Assembly (NCBI RefSeq): GCF_963921235.1
Contig: NC_086107.1
Location: 109,432,001 to 109,496,000, forward strand
Length of the DNA stretch: 64,000 bases
From: Mobula hypostoma
Taxonomy: Eukaryota
Direction of reading: 5' to 3'
Positions 51,120-62,820 of the stretch are shown one piece after another (within the stretch, counting starts at the first letter, position 1; every line of letters starts with the position of its first letter). A program made the translations under genes and the position numbers. A model generated the notes under the pieces. That model worked only from the letters and a program-made list of their open reading frames with translations, did no database searches and was not told the origin of the DNA.

Positions 51120-52362
51120 TACTTTATCCTTTATTGTCGCCAAACAATTGATACTAGAATGTACAATCATCACAGCGATATTTGATTCTGCGCTTCCCAC
51201 TCCCTGGATTACAAATAGTAAATATTAAACATCAGTAAATATTAAAAATTTAAATTATAAATCATTTAGATTATGAAGACATGCATGCATTAAGAAATGA
51301 TACAATATTTCCTCCGGTGTGATATCACAAAACACAGGACAGACCAAGACTGAAAAAACTAACAAAACCACATAATTATAACATATAGTTACAACAGTGC
51401 AACAATATCATAACTTGTTGAAGAACAGTAAAAGTTCAAAGTCTCTCAAATGTCCCACATCTCACACAGACGGGAGAAGGAAGAAAAACTCTCCCTGCCA
51501 TATCCGACCACGGTCCGACTCCGAGTCATCCAAAAACTTCGAGCTCTGATCAGCCCTCCGACACCGAGTACTGAGCGCCATTTCTATCCGAACAATTCGA
51601 CCTCCTTCTCGGTCGCCAACGGCAGGCAAAGCCGAGGATTTTGAGGCCTACCCTCCGAAAGATTCCCGACTGCGCAGTAACGACAGCAGCGAATGAGCGT
51701 TTCAGAAATTTTTCCAGATGTTCCTCTGCGCTTTCACGTCCTTCTTCAACAAATCAGAATTGTCCATGGCCCCTATTTAACAGATGCGATATCATTTTTC
51801 ATCGGAGGGTTGCTCACGCACGGCGCACTGCTTCTCTTCTCCTCCCGCCTTCATAAATCATAAATAGAAAATAGAAAATAGAAAAATGGAAAGTAAGGTA
51901 GTGCAAAAAAACTGAGAGGCAGGTCTGGATATTTGGAGGGTACGGCCCAGATCCGGGTCAGGATCCGTTCAGCAGTCTTATCACAGTTGGAAAGAAGCTG
52001 TTCCCATATCTGGCCATACGAGTCTTCAAGCTCCTGAGCCTTCTCCCGGAGGGAAGAGGGACGAAAAGTGTGTTGGCTGGGTGGGTCATGTCCTTGATTA
52101 TCCTGGCAGCACTGCTCCGACGGCGTGCGGTGTAAAGTGAGTCCAAGGACGGAAGATTGGTTTGTGTGATGTGCTGCGCCGTGTTCACGATCTTCTGCAG
52201 CTTCTTTCGGTCTTGGACAGGACAACTTCCATACCAGGTTGTGATGCACCCTGGAAGAATGCTTTCTACAGTGCATCTATAAAAATTAGTGAGGGTTTTA
52301 GGGGACAGGCCAAATTTCTTTAGTTTTCTCAGGAAGTAAAGGCACTGGTGGGCCTTCTTGGC
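51120..52362 (-). mobile_element. Rex1/Babar-like LINE 3' fragment, interrupted by a non-coding retroposon at 51266-51852
   Basis: KAHQCLYFLRKLKKFGLSPKTLTNFYRCTVESIL..LPSGRRLRS. The insert has TSD ATAAATCAT at 51257-51265 and 51853-51861. Confidence 0.88.
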
Positions 52363-53267
52363 CTTATTGTGTATGTAGTTGAGATTCATTCTATATTGAG
52401 TTGGAGTTTATGACTAAGCAAAGAGGAGTGTTGTGTATTTAATATTTGAGTAATATTGTAAATATTCTTGTTCATTTAAATAATTCATTACAGATTATAA
52501 ATACATGAATTGTATACGTCATCGCGCTACCATTGCCTCGCTTAAAGTGAAACATGAGATCAGACTCACATTTTGGTCTCCCGTGTCTTCCTTTGAATTA
52601 GTTTAATGTTTTGAAGTTACAAATCATAACACAATTGATACTGAGGTCCGTGGGCAAGTATTCTCAGCCAGAAATGACAGCTACAGAGGCACACACTGGA
52701 GTGTCCGGTATCAAGCCATCAAATTTCTCTGCCATCTTTCGAACTGTTAAATGATACCATTTCAAAAGGATTTCAGAGGAGGGTGGCCCCTCTGGTGGAA
52801 GAACAAAGGAAGGAGAATTTTCAGAGAGAGTTCGTAGGTAATAACAGAATGGGTGGGAACCTGGTGGATTTTGACCCTGTCGTGTTGGTTGGCTGCTGGC
52901 TATAGGTTCATACCACTATCGGTCGCAATCTGCAGGTCAAAAGTTGGTCGTTGTTTCAGGTGCCTCGTTTATCAATGAGTGCAAATTAGTCAGGGAGAAA
53001 GTCCATCAGCATTTCCAGATATCAGCAGGATCTCCGGAAGACTGACAGGCAGCAAAGGACAGAGAGAGTGAGAGACTCAAAGAGACAGAGAAAAGACAGA
53101 AATAGAGAGAGCAAGAAAGAGAGAAACAGAGACCAGAGAGAGGGAAATAGAGGGAAAGAGAGAGGCAGGCAGAGCAAGAGAGAGGGGGGAAGAGAGAGAG
53201 AAAGAGAGAGACAGAGACAGATAGATAGACAGCGAGAAGAAAAGAGAGAGAAAATAAGAGATCACAA

Positions 53268-53318
53268 ATGGATATTATGGGTCATGATTCCCGGAGAGGA
53301 AGGAAGAGGTTTGCGAAG
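53268..53318 (+). CDS. TMEM86B: TMEM86B-type lysoplasmalogenase, coding exon 1 (MDIMGHDSRRGRKRFAK)
   Basis: ATG followed by 17 codons in total, then AAG|GTAAGA. Phase 0 joins exon 2 in frame. The N-terminus resembles fish TMEM86B (MDI..DRR.R) rather than TMEM86A (MVSPVTV). Confidence 0.75.
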
Positions 53319-53822
53319 GTAAGATCAAGAATTTCATCTCTTCAGCATCTAAAAAAACATTGGTCATTATCCCATTGCTGTTTATGGAGTCTTGCGGTGC
53401 TGAAACGAGTTCCTGGATTACAACAGAGACTTGACTCAAGAAAAGAACCTTCTGTCTGGGCTCCACCGGAGTGCTTTGGCTTGTCCTGGAAGGGGACACT
53501 AAGGGTGCTACAGAAATGCAGGCCATCCTTGAGTAAAGAAGGGGCTGGGCGACTGCTTTAGCCCATGTGCACTTGGCACCGCAGAGCCTGATCCCAGCCA
53601 CGCCTCGCGCGTATCTGATTCGGCCCATTGTGTCTAGTGGCCTGGAACATGAGTACATGTGTACATGCATGTGAGAGCATGTTTGTTCAGTACTTGCCTG
53701 AATCTTACAAGGTTTCGACCTGAAACATCAACAATTTCTTCCTTCTACAGACGCTGCTCGGCCTGCTGATTTCCTGAAGTTTGCTTATTGTCCAGATTTC
53801 AGCATCTGCAGTCAGCTGCCCT

Positions 53823-54170
53823 GCGTGTGTGTGTGTGTGTGTGTGTGTGGCTGTGTGTGTGTGTGTGTGTGTGCATGTGTGTGTCTGTGTCTGTGTGTGT
53901 GTCTGTGTGTGTGTGTGTCTGTGTCTGTGTGTGTGTGTGTGTCTTTGTGTGTCTGTGTGTGCTTCTGTGTGTGTTTGTGTGTGTGTCTGTGTGTGTGTGG
54001 GTGTATGTGTGTCTGTGTGTGTGTATGAGTGTGTGTGTGTGTATGTGTATGTGTGTGTGTGTGTGTGTGGGTGTGTGCGCGCGCGCATGTGTGTATGTGT
54101 GTGTGTATGTGTGTGTGCGTGTCTGTCTGTGTGTGTGTGTGTATGTGTGTATATGTGTCTGCGTGTGTGT

Positions 54171-54202
<32 letters not shown>

Positions 54203-54335
54203 CTTTGTGTATCTGTGTGTGTATCTGTGTGTGTTTTTGTGTGTGTGTGTATGTGTGTGTGTGTGTGTCTGTGTGTGCCTGTGTGTGTGTGTATATGAGT
54301 GTGTGTGTATGTGTATGTGTATGTGTGTGTCTGTC

Positions 54336-54366
<31 letters not shown>

Positions 54367-54378
54367 ATCAGTGTGTGT

Positions 54379-54417
<39 letters not shown>

Positions 54418-54632
54418 TGTGTCTGTGTGTGTGTGTGTCTGCATGTGTGTGTGTCTGTGTGTGTGTGTGTATGTGTGTATATGTGTCTGCGTGTGTGTGT
54501 GTGAGTGTGTGTGTGTGTGTGTGTCTTTGTGTATCTGTGTGTGTATCTGTGTGTGTTTTTGTGTGTCTGTGTGTGTCTGTGTGTGTGTGTATATGAGTGT
54601 GTGTGTATGTGTATGTGTGTGTGTGTGTCTGT

Positions 54633-54663
<31 letters not shown>

Positions 54664-55020
54664 GGTGTGTGTCTGTGTGTGTGTGTGTCTGTGTGTGTGT
54701 GTGTCTGTGTGTGTCTGTGTGTGTGTGTCTGTGTGTGTCTGTGTGTGTGTATATGAGTGTGTGTGTGTGTGTCTGTCTGTCTGTCTGTGTGTGTCTGTGT
54801 GTGTGTGTGTGTATATGAGTGTGTGTGTGTGTGTGTGTGTCTGTCTGTCTGTCTGTGTGTCTGTGTGTGTGTATATGAGTGTGTGTGTGTGTGTGTGTGT
54901 GCGTCTGTGTCTGTGTGTTTGTGTCTGTGTGTGTCTGTGTGTGTGTATATGAGTGTGTGTGTGTGTGTGTGTGTGTGTGTCTGTGTGTGTGTGTCTGTGT
55001 GTGTCTGTGTGTGTGTATAT

Positions 55021-55065
<45 letters not shown>

Positions 55066-55080
55066 AGTGTGTGTGTGTTT
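53823..55080. repeat. 1.25-kb compound (GT)n satellite in TMEM86 intron 1
   Basis: Direct reading, with recurring interruption patterns. Confidence 0.97.
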
Positions 55081-55441
55081 ACATGGTGAAGGCAGAGTCA
55101 GTATTAGTCGGGTGCCTCCCCTGTGCCAGTGGATGAGAGACTGGAGAGCAGTTGGTGGACGCCGTGTATCCGGGCATGGTTGCTGTGCACCACGCACACA
55201 CACAGGGGCTGGTGGATAGGGAGGGAACAAGGGACGGAGGCAGCAGCACTCCCTCGAGCTACTTTCACCAGACGCTGGGCTGCGACATCACGCATGGCTC
55301 ATTCAGGGCGGGGAGGAGGGTGTTGCTGGAGCAGGGTGGGAAAGTTGCACTGTTTGACTTTGGGGCTGGGTAATAGCGGAGGGATGGGGATTCCCTTCAA
55401 CTAACCACCTGCCATTTCTTCCCCTGCCCCACATTTCACAG

Positions 55442-55706
55442 GTAAAGAGTGTTGCTCCAAAGTTGATTCCATTTGCGGTCAGCTCGTGCCTCTACTTTGT
55501 GCTGTGGCTGCCCATCTCCAATCCCTCCTGGTTCAGCGCGTTGATCAAGTGTCTCCCAACCCTGTGCTTGGCCTTCTTCATCTTGGCGCATAGCTGGGGA
55601 GTGGGGACGACCCACCCTCACTCCAAGAAATTCGTCCTCGGGCTCCTCTTCTCAGCTCTTGGAGATGTATTCCTCACCTGGGGTGACCACGGGTTCTTCA
55701 ATCACG
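55442..55706 (+). CDS. TMEM86B: TMEM86 (YhhN family) coding exon 2; the last exon was not found in the window
   Basis: Acceptor ..catttcacag| and donor |gtaaga. VKSVAPKLIPF..LYFVLWLP..SWFSALIKCLP..GLLFSALGDVFLTW..FNHG. Confidence 0.92.
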
Positions 55707-57902
55707 GTAAGACCATAAGACAGGCGAACAGAATTAGGCCATTCAGCCCATCGAGTCTGCTGCTCCATTTAATTGTGGCTGATTTGGTTTTCTTCTCAAC
55801 CCCACTCTCCTGCCTTTGACACCCTTAATAATCAAGAACCTAGCGACTTCCGCTTTAAATATACCTAATGACTTGGCCTCCGCACCCGTCTGGCAATGAA
55901 TTCCGCTGATTCACAACCCCTCTGGCGAAAGAAATCCCTCCTCATCTCTGTTCTAAAGGGACCCCCTTTCGAGGCTGTTCCAGCGGGTCCAGGTCTTGCT
56001 GCGAGCCATGACAGCCTTCCTCACTGTCCACTACACCCCCAGTCTTGGAGTCACCCGCAAATTTGCTGATCCATTAACCACATTGTCATCCAGATCGTTG
56101 ATATCGATGTCAAACCACAAAGGACCTGGCACCGATTCCTGTGGCACACCACCAGCCACTGGCCTCCAATCAGAGAGGGAACCGTCTACCGCCACTCTCT
56201 GGCTCCTCCCACAAAGCCAATGTCTAATCCAATTTACCACCTCGTGGTTGAAAGTGTGAATGGGAGGATTAGCAAACTTGCAGAGGATACCAAGAGTTGT
56301 GGATAGCGGATAAGACCCACAAAGAACACAGCACGATATAGATCAGTTGCAGACGTGGGCAGAGAAATGGCAGCTGAAGTTTAACCCAGATGAGTTGCAC
56401 CTCGGCAGGGCAAATGCAAGGAGACAGAAAGGGCAAGTTTTGGTGAGCAGAGCGACCTCGGGATCCAAGTTCGCAGCTCCTTGAAAGTGGCTACACAGGT
56501 CGATAAGGCTGATGGAACGCTCGCTTTTATTAGTCGAGGCATTGAGTTCAAAGGTCAGGAAGTTATGTTGCAACTTTATAAAACTCTGGTTAGGCCACAT
56601 CTGGAGTATTGCATAGAGTTCTGTTCACCCCACTGTAGGAAGGATGTTGAGGCTTTGGAGAGGGTGCAGAAGAGGTTTACAAGGATGCTACCTGATTTAG
56701 AGAACTTAGAATTCTCCTTCGCCTTGTCTACTAGAGCAAGCTTACGCCTTCTTTTAGCACTCCTGATTTCTTTCTTAAGTGTTCTCTTGCATTTCTTATA
56801 CTCCATAAGCACCTCATTTGTTCCTACCTGCCTATACCTGCTATATGCCATTTTTTTTCTTAACCAGGGCCTCAATATCTCTTGAAAACCAAGGTTCTCT
56901 AAACCTATTATCTCTATCTTTTATTCTGGCAGGCACATACTTGCTTTGTGCTCTCAAACTTTCACTTTTGAAGGTCTCCCACTTACGAAGTACACCTTTG
57001 CCAGAAAACAATCTGTCCCAATCCACACTTGCCAGATCATTTCTGATACTGTCAAAATTGGCCTTTCTCCAATTTAGAATCTCCGGCCACAGACCAGACC
57101 TATCTCTTTCCATATTTACTTTGAAACTAATGGCATTGTGATCACTGGTTGCAAGGTGATCCCCAACACAAACTTCTGTCACCTGCCCTGTCTCATTCCC
57201 TAATAGCAGATCAAGAATCACACATTATCTCATCGGGACTTCCATGTACTGATTAAGGAAACTTTCCTGAGCTCATTTGACAAACTCTATTCCATCTAGT
57301 CCTTTTACAGTATGGGAGTCCCAGTCTATATGTGGAAAGTTAAAATCACCTACTATGACAACCCTATGTTTCTTTCAACAGTCTGTCATCTCTTTATAAA
57401 TTTGTTCCTCTTAATCCCTCAGACTGTTGTGTGGTCTGTAATATAGCACCATTAACATGGTCATACCTTTCTTATTTCTCAGTTCTACCCATAACGCCTC
57501 GCTAGATGAGTTCTACAGTCTGTACTGACTGAGCACTACCATGACATTTTCCCTGACTAGTAACCCCCTATCTTCCTTTAATCCTTCTCACTCCATCGTG
57601 TCAAAGACAACGGAACCCTGGAATATTGAGCTGCCAATCCTGCCCCTCCTGCGACCAAATCTCACTAATGGCTACAGTGTCATAATTCCAGGTGTTGAAT
57701 TGGAACACCTGGAGCTCATCCGCCTTTCCTACGATACTACCTGCATTGAAATATACGCAGCTCAGAACACTGGTCTCACCATGCTCGACCTTTTGATTTC
57801 TGACTTTGTCTGAGGTCTTACCAACATCTGCCTCCACAACCTCTCCACTATCTGTTCTGGCCCTCTGTCGCCCGTCCCCCTGCAATTCTAGTTTACTAGT
57901 TT

Positions 57903-60109
57903 GCTGTTGTAGTCTGGCGTACTGACCTCTACCTTGCCGAGGCACAGCGACAACTCGCGGATACCTCCTCTTATTTACCCCTCGATCGTGACCCCACTAA
58001 GGAGCACCAGGCCATTGTCTCCCACACTATCAACGACTTTATCCGCTCAGGGGATCTCCCTTCCACTGCTACCAACCTTATAGTTCCCACACCCCGCACT
58101 TCCCGTTTCTACCTCCTACCCAAGATCCACAAACCTGCCTGTCCTGGCCGACCTATTGTCTCAGCTTGCTCCTGCCCCACCGAACTCGTTTCTGCATACC
58201 TCGACACTGTTTTATCACCCCTTGTTCAATCCCTTCCGACCTATGTTCGTGACACTTCTCACGCTCTTAAACTTTTCGATGATTTTAAGTTCCCTGGCCC
58301 CCACCGCTTTATTTTCACCTTGGATGTCCAGTCCTTATATACTTCCATCCCCCATCAGGAAGGTCTCAAAGCTCTACGCTTCTTTTTGGATTCCAGACCT
58401 AATCAGTTCCCCTCTACCACCACTCTGCTCCCTCTAGCAGAATTAGTCCTTACTCTTAATAATTTCTCCTTTTGCTCCTCCCATTTCCTCCAAACTAAAG
58501 GTGTAGCTATGGGCACCCGTATGGGTCCTAGCTATGCCTGCCTTTTTGTTGGCTTTGTGGAACAATCTATGTTCCGTGCCTATTCTGGTATCTGTCCCCC
58601 ACTTTTCCTTCGCTACATCGACGACTGCATTTGCGCTGCTTCCTGCACGCATGCAGAACTCGTTAACTTTATTAACTTTGCCTCCAACTTTCACCCTGCC
58701 CTCAAGTTTACCTGGTCCATTTCTGACACCTCCCTCCCCTTTCTAGATCTTTCTGTCTCTGTCTCTGGAGACAGCTTATCCACTGATGTCTACTATAAGC
58801 CTACTGACTCTCACAACTATCTGGACTATTCCTCTTCTCACCCTGTCTCTTGCAAAAACGCCATCCCCTTCTCGCAATTCCTCCGTCTCCGCCGCATCTG
58901 CTCTCAGGATGAGGCTTTTCATTCTAGGACGAGGGAGATGTCTTCATTTTTTAAAGAAAGGGGCTTCCCTTCCTCCACTATCAACTCTGCTCTTAAACGC
59001 ATCTCCCCCATTTCACGTACATCTGCTCTCACTCCATCCTCCCACCACCCCACTAGGAATAGGGTTCCCCTGGTCCTCACCTACCACCCCACCAGCCTCC
59101 GGGTCCAACATATTATTCTCCGTAACTTCCGCCACCTCCAACGGGATCCCACCACTAAGCATATCTTTCCCTCCCCGCCTCTCTCTGCATTCCGCAGGGA
59201 TCGCTCCCTACACAACTCCCTTGTCCATTCGTCCCCCCCATCCCTCCCCACTGATCTCCCTCCTGGCACTTATCCGTGTAAGCGGAACAAGTGCTACACA
59301 TGCCCTTACACTTCCTCACTTACCACCATTCAGGGCCCCAAACAGTCCTTCCAGGTGAGGCATCACTTCACCTGTGAGTCGACTGGGGTGATATACTGCG
59401 TCCGGTGCTCCCGATGTGGCCTTTTATATATTGGTGAGACCCGACGCAGACTGGGAGACCGCTTTGCTGAACATCTACGCTCTGTCCGCCAGAGAAAGCA
59501 GGATCTCCCAGTGGCCACATATTTTAATTCCACATCCCATTCCCATTCTGACATGTCTATCCACGGCCTCCTCTACTGTAAAGATGAAGCCACACTCAGG
59601 TTGGAGGAACAACACCTTATATTCCGTCTGGGTAGCCTCCAACCTGATGGCATGAACATTGACTTCTCTAACTTCCGCTAGGCCCCACCTCCCCCTCGTA
59701 CCCCAGCTGTTACTCATTTTTATGCACACATTCTTTCTCTCACTCTCCTTTTTCTCCCTCTGTCCCTCTGAATATACCTCTTGCCCATCCTCTGGGTCAC
59801 CCCCCCCCCCGTCTTTCTTCCCGGACCTCCTGTCCCATGATCCTCTCGTATCCCCTTCTGCCTATCACCTGTCCAGCTCTCGGCTCCATCCCTCCACCTC
59901 CTGTCTTCTCCTATCATTTTGCATCTCCCCCTCCCCCTCCAGCTTTCAAATCCCTTACTCACTCTTCCTTCAGTTAGTCCTGACGAAGGGTCTCGGCCTG
60001 AAACGTCGACTGCGCCTCTTCCTATAGATGCTGCCTGGCCTGCTGCGTTCACCAGCAACTTTGATGTATGTTGCTTGAATTTCCAGCATCTGCAGAATTC
60101 CTGTTGTTT
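57903..60109 (+). mobile_element. Young 5'-truncated Neptune-type Penelope-like element: open RT + Cys linker + GIY-YIG (57903-59681, about 592 codons) and 3' pLTR
   Basis: FYLLPKIHKP, DVQSLYTSIPH, GVAMGT, RYIDD, PCKRNKCYTC and VIYCVRCSRCGLLYIGET..RFAEH. Flanking duplication (GTTT)ACTAGTTT at 57891-57902 and 60106-60117. Confidence 0.95.
59976..60011 (+). ncRNA. Minimal type-I hammerhead ribozyme motif in the Penelope pLTR
   Basis: AGUC-CUGACGA-AGGGUCUCGGCCU-GAAA-CGUC^GACU, with predicted cleavage after 60007. Confidence 0.8.
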
Positions 60110-60961
60110 ACTAGTTTAAACCCCATCGTGGAGCATTAACAAACCTTCCCGCTAGGATATTAGTCTCTTTTGAGTTCAGGAGCCAACCGTCCCTTCTGTA
60201 CGGGTCCCACCTTCCCTCGAAGAGAGCCCAATGATCCAAAATTGTTATGCCCTCCTTCCTACACCAACTCCTCAGCCACATATTAAACTGTATAATCTTC
60301 CTAGTTCTGCCCTCACCAGCACGTGGCACAGGTAGCAATCCTGAGATCACAACCCTGGAGGTCTTGCCCTTTAACTTGGCACCTAACTCCCTGAACTCCC
60401 CATGCAGAACCTCATCACTCGTCCTACCCATGTTATTGGTACCTGCATGGACCATGACCTCTGGCTGTTCGCCCTCTCACTGAAGGATGCTGAGGACTCG
60501 ATCAGAGATGTCCCGGACCCTGGCACCCGGAGGCAACATATCACGTCTTCGCCCACAGAACCTCCCTGCTGTTCCCCTAGCTAACAAATCCCAGTCACCA
60601 CAGCGTACCTCTTCTCCACCCCCACCTTCCTTCCGAGTCAGGGGCAGACTCAGTGCCCCAGACCCGACCACTGTGACCCTCCTCTGTTAGGTCCCCCCCC
60701 CCCACCAACAGTATCCAGAGTGATAAACCTATTGTTGAGGGGGATGGCCACAGGGGTTCTCTGCACTGGCTCCTTAACACCCTTCCCTTTGCTGACTGTT
60801 GCTCAGTTTCCCGTTTCCTGCACCTTGGGTGTAACTATCTCTCTGTATCTACCACCCCCTCAGCCTCCTCAGTGATCCAAAGTTCATCCAGTTCCAGCTC
60901 CAATTCCTTAACACAGATTGTTGGATGCACTTCTCTCAGTTATAGTCATCAGGGACACTGA

Positions 60962-60995
<34 letters not shown>

Positions 60996-60998
<3 letters not shown>

Positions 60999-61848
60999 GA
61001 GGAGGTTACAGTGTCGGGGTGTAGTTCAGGAGGAGGTTACGGTGTCGGGGTGTAGCTTGGGAGGAGGTTACTGTGTCAGGGTGTAGTTCAGAAGGAGGTT
61101 ACGGTGTCAGGGTGTAGCTCGGGGGGGAGGTTACAGTGTCCGGGTGTAGATCAGGAGGAGGTTACGGTGTTGGGGTGTAGTTCAGGAGGAGATTACGGTG
61201 TCGGGGTGTAGTTTGGGGGGAGGTTACTGTGTTGGGGTGTAGTTCAGGAGGAGGTTACAGTGTCCGGGTGTAGTTCAGGAGGAGGTTACGGTGTCAGGGT
61301 GTAGCTTGGGGGGAGGTTACTGTGTTGGGGTGTAGTTCAGGAGGAGGTTACGGTGTCCGGGTGTAGTTCAGGAGGAGGTTACGGTGTCAGGGTGTAGATC
61401 AGGAGGAGGTTACGGTGTCAGGGTGTAGCTTGGGGGGAGGTTACTGTGTTGGGGTGTAGTTCAGGAGGAGGTTACAGTGTCAGGGTGTAGATCAGGAGGA
61501 GGTTAAGGTGTCCGGGTGTAGCTCGGGAGGAGGTTACAGTGTCAGGGTGTAGTTCAGGAGGAGGTTACGGTGTCCGGGTGTAGTTCAGGAGGAGGTTACG
61601 GTGTCAGGGTGTAGATCAGGAGGAGGTTAAGGTGTCGGGGTGTAGCTCGGGGGGAGGTTACAGCGTCCGGGTGTAGTTCAGGAGGAGGTTACGGTGTCAG
61701 GGTGTAGATCAGGAGGAGGTTAAGGTGTCCGGGTGTAGCTCGGGGGGAGGTTACAGCGTCCGGGTGTAGTTCAGGAGGAGGTTACGGTGTCCGGGTGTAG
61801 TTCAGGAGGAGGTTACGGTGTCAGGGTGTAGATCTTGTGGAGGTTACC
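60996..61848. repeat. 31-bp G-rich minisatellite, about 27 copies (CAGGAGGAGGTTACGGTGTCAGGGTGTAGTT)
   Basis: Head-to-tail units with interspersed variants, preceded by (CT)n. Confidence 0.95.
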
Positions 61849-62384
61849 ATGTTGAATTGTTGTTTTGGAGGAATGGTTAAGCCTGTGGAAGGATTTGAAG
61901 CCAGGGTTTTGCATGTCTGGTGTGTGATTGTGTTTGCCGGTGAAGATCTTTGCTCAGAGGTCGTGGTGATGTGTCTGCCGTCTCTGCACTTTCCACCGTT
62001 ATCTCTCTGAGCTTAGTGTCTGCCCCGTGTTCCCGGCATCAGACTTTGGAAAGTGACTCACCGTTCCAGATCGTTCAGACGGCACGTGCCAGCTCTGAGC
62101 TCTCTCGCCGGCTTCGTACCCAGCTTGACCAAGTTTTACACAAACACTTTAACCGTTTCATCACTACAGGTGTGCATTCCTAACTCCACAGTAACTATGC
62201 ACCGTGCTGAAATATTTCCACTCCAAAACGATGGAGAACTCGGAGGGGGAAGGAACCCATCTTCTTCCCCCTCCACCACCTGATTTCTGAATAAACCCAT
62301 AGAGATTACCTCACCATTTTGCACTTAGTGCGCTATGTATTTCATTTTTATATATATTTATTATAAATTATAGAATAGCACCTG

Positions 62385-62820
62385 ACTTATGAAGGAAGAT
62401 TGAGTAAGTTAGGACTTCATTCCTTGGAATGTAGAAGATTGAGAGGAGATTTGGTAGAGGTATACAAAATTATGAGGGGTATAGACAGGGTTAATATAAA
62501 CAGGCTTTTTCCACTGAGGTTGGGAGGGGCTCCAACCAGAGGCCATGGGTGAAGGGTGAAAGGTGAAAAGTTTAAGGGGAACATGAGGGGAAACTTCACT
62601 CAGAGGGTGGTGAGAGTGTGGAACGAGCTGCCAGCACAAGTGGTGTATGCGAGCTCAATTTCAACATTTAAGAGAAGTTTGGATAGGTACATGGATGGTA
62701 GGGGTATGTAGGGCTATGGTCCAGGTGCAGGTCGATGGGAGCAGGCGGTTGAAATAGTCCAGCACAGACTAGATGGGCTGAAGGGCCTGTTTCTGTGCTG
62801 TATTTTTCTATGACTCTACA
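62385..62820 (+). mobile_element. CR1 3' fragment
   Basis: LSKLGLHSLECRRLRGDLVEVYKIMRG remnant and a ttctatgactcta tail. Confidence 0.85.

Larger units (their letters stand above)
48078..52631 (+). mobile_element. Internally deleted Gypsy-like LTR retrotransposon with both LTRs and nested insertions
   Basis: 5' LTR 48078-48328 and 3' LTR 52429-52631, both TG..CA. PBS-like gtggccatgagg and PPT aagcaaagaggag. 5-bp TSD CAATT at 48073-48077 and 52632-52636. gag/protease remnant at 48530-49200. Confidence 0.88.
56707..60950 (-). mobile_element. CR1 5' portion (ORF1 SGNH esterase 60111-60780; ORF2 APE 56707-57800) split by a Penelope element
   Basis: VHAGTNN..RVVISGLLPVP..WLRSWC (ORF1). CVYFNAGSIVGK, LDLLLGNE and SDHNAISF (ORF2). 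Confidence 0.88.

Noticed and set aside
53705..55230. Many Cys/Val- and His/Thr-rich ORFs up to 472 aa
   Set aside because: Translations of the GT/CA satellite.
60996..61848. CRISPR-like periodicity
   Set aside because: Units are head-to-tail with no unique spacers, there are no cas genes, and the context is vertebrate.
61950..62200. Possible TMEM86 exon 3 or a minus-strand exon (GTGAGT donor near 62107)
   Set aside because: No frame resembles the expected TMEM86 C-terminal exon; a single splice-like motif is insufficient.
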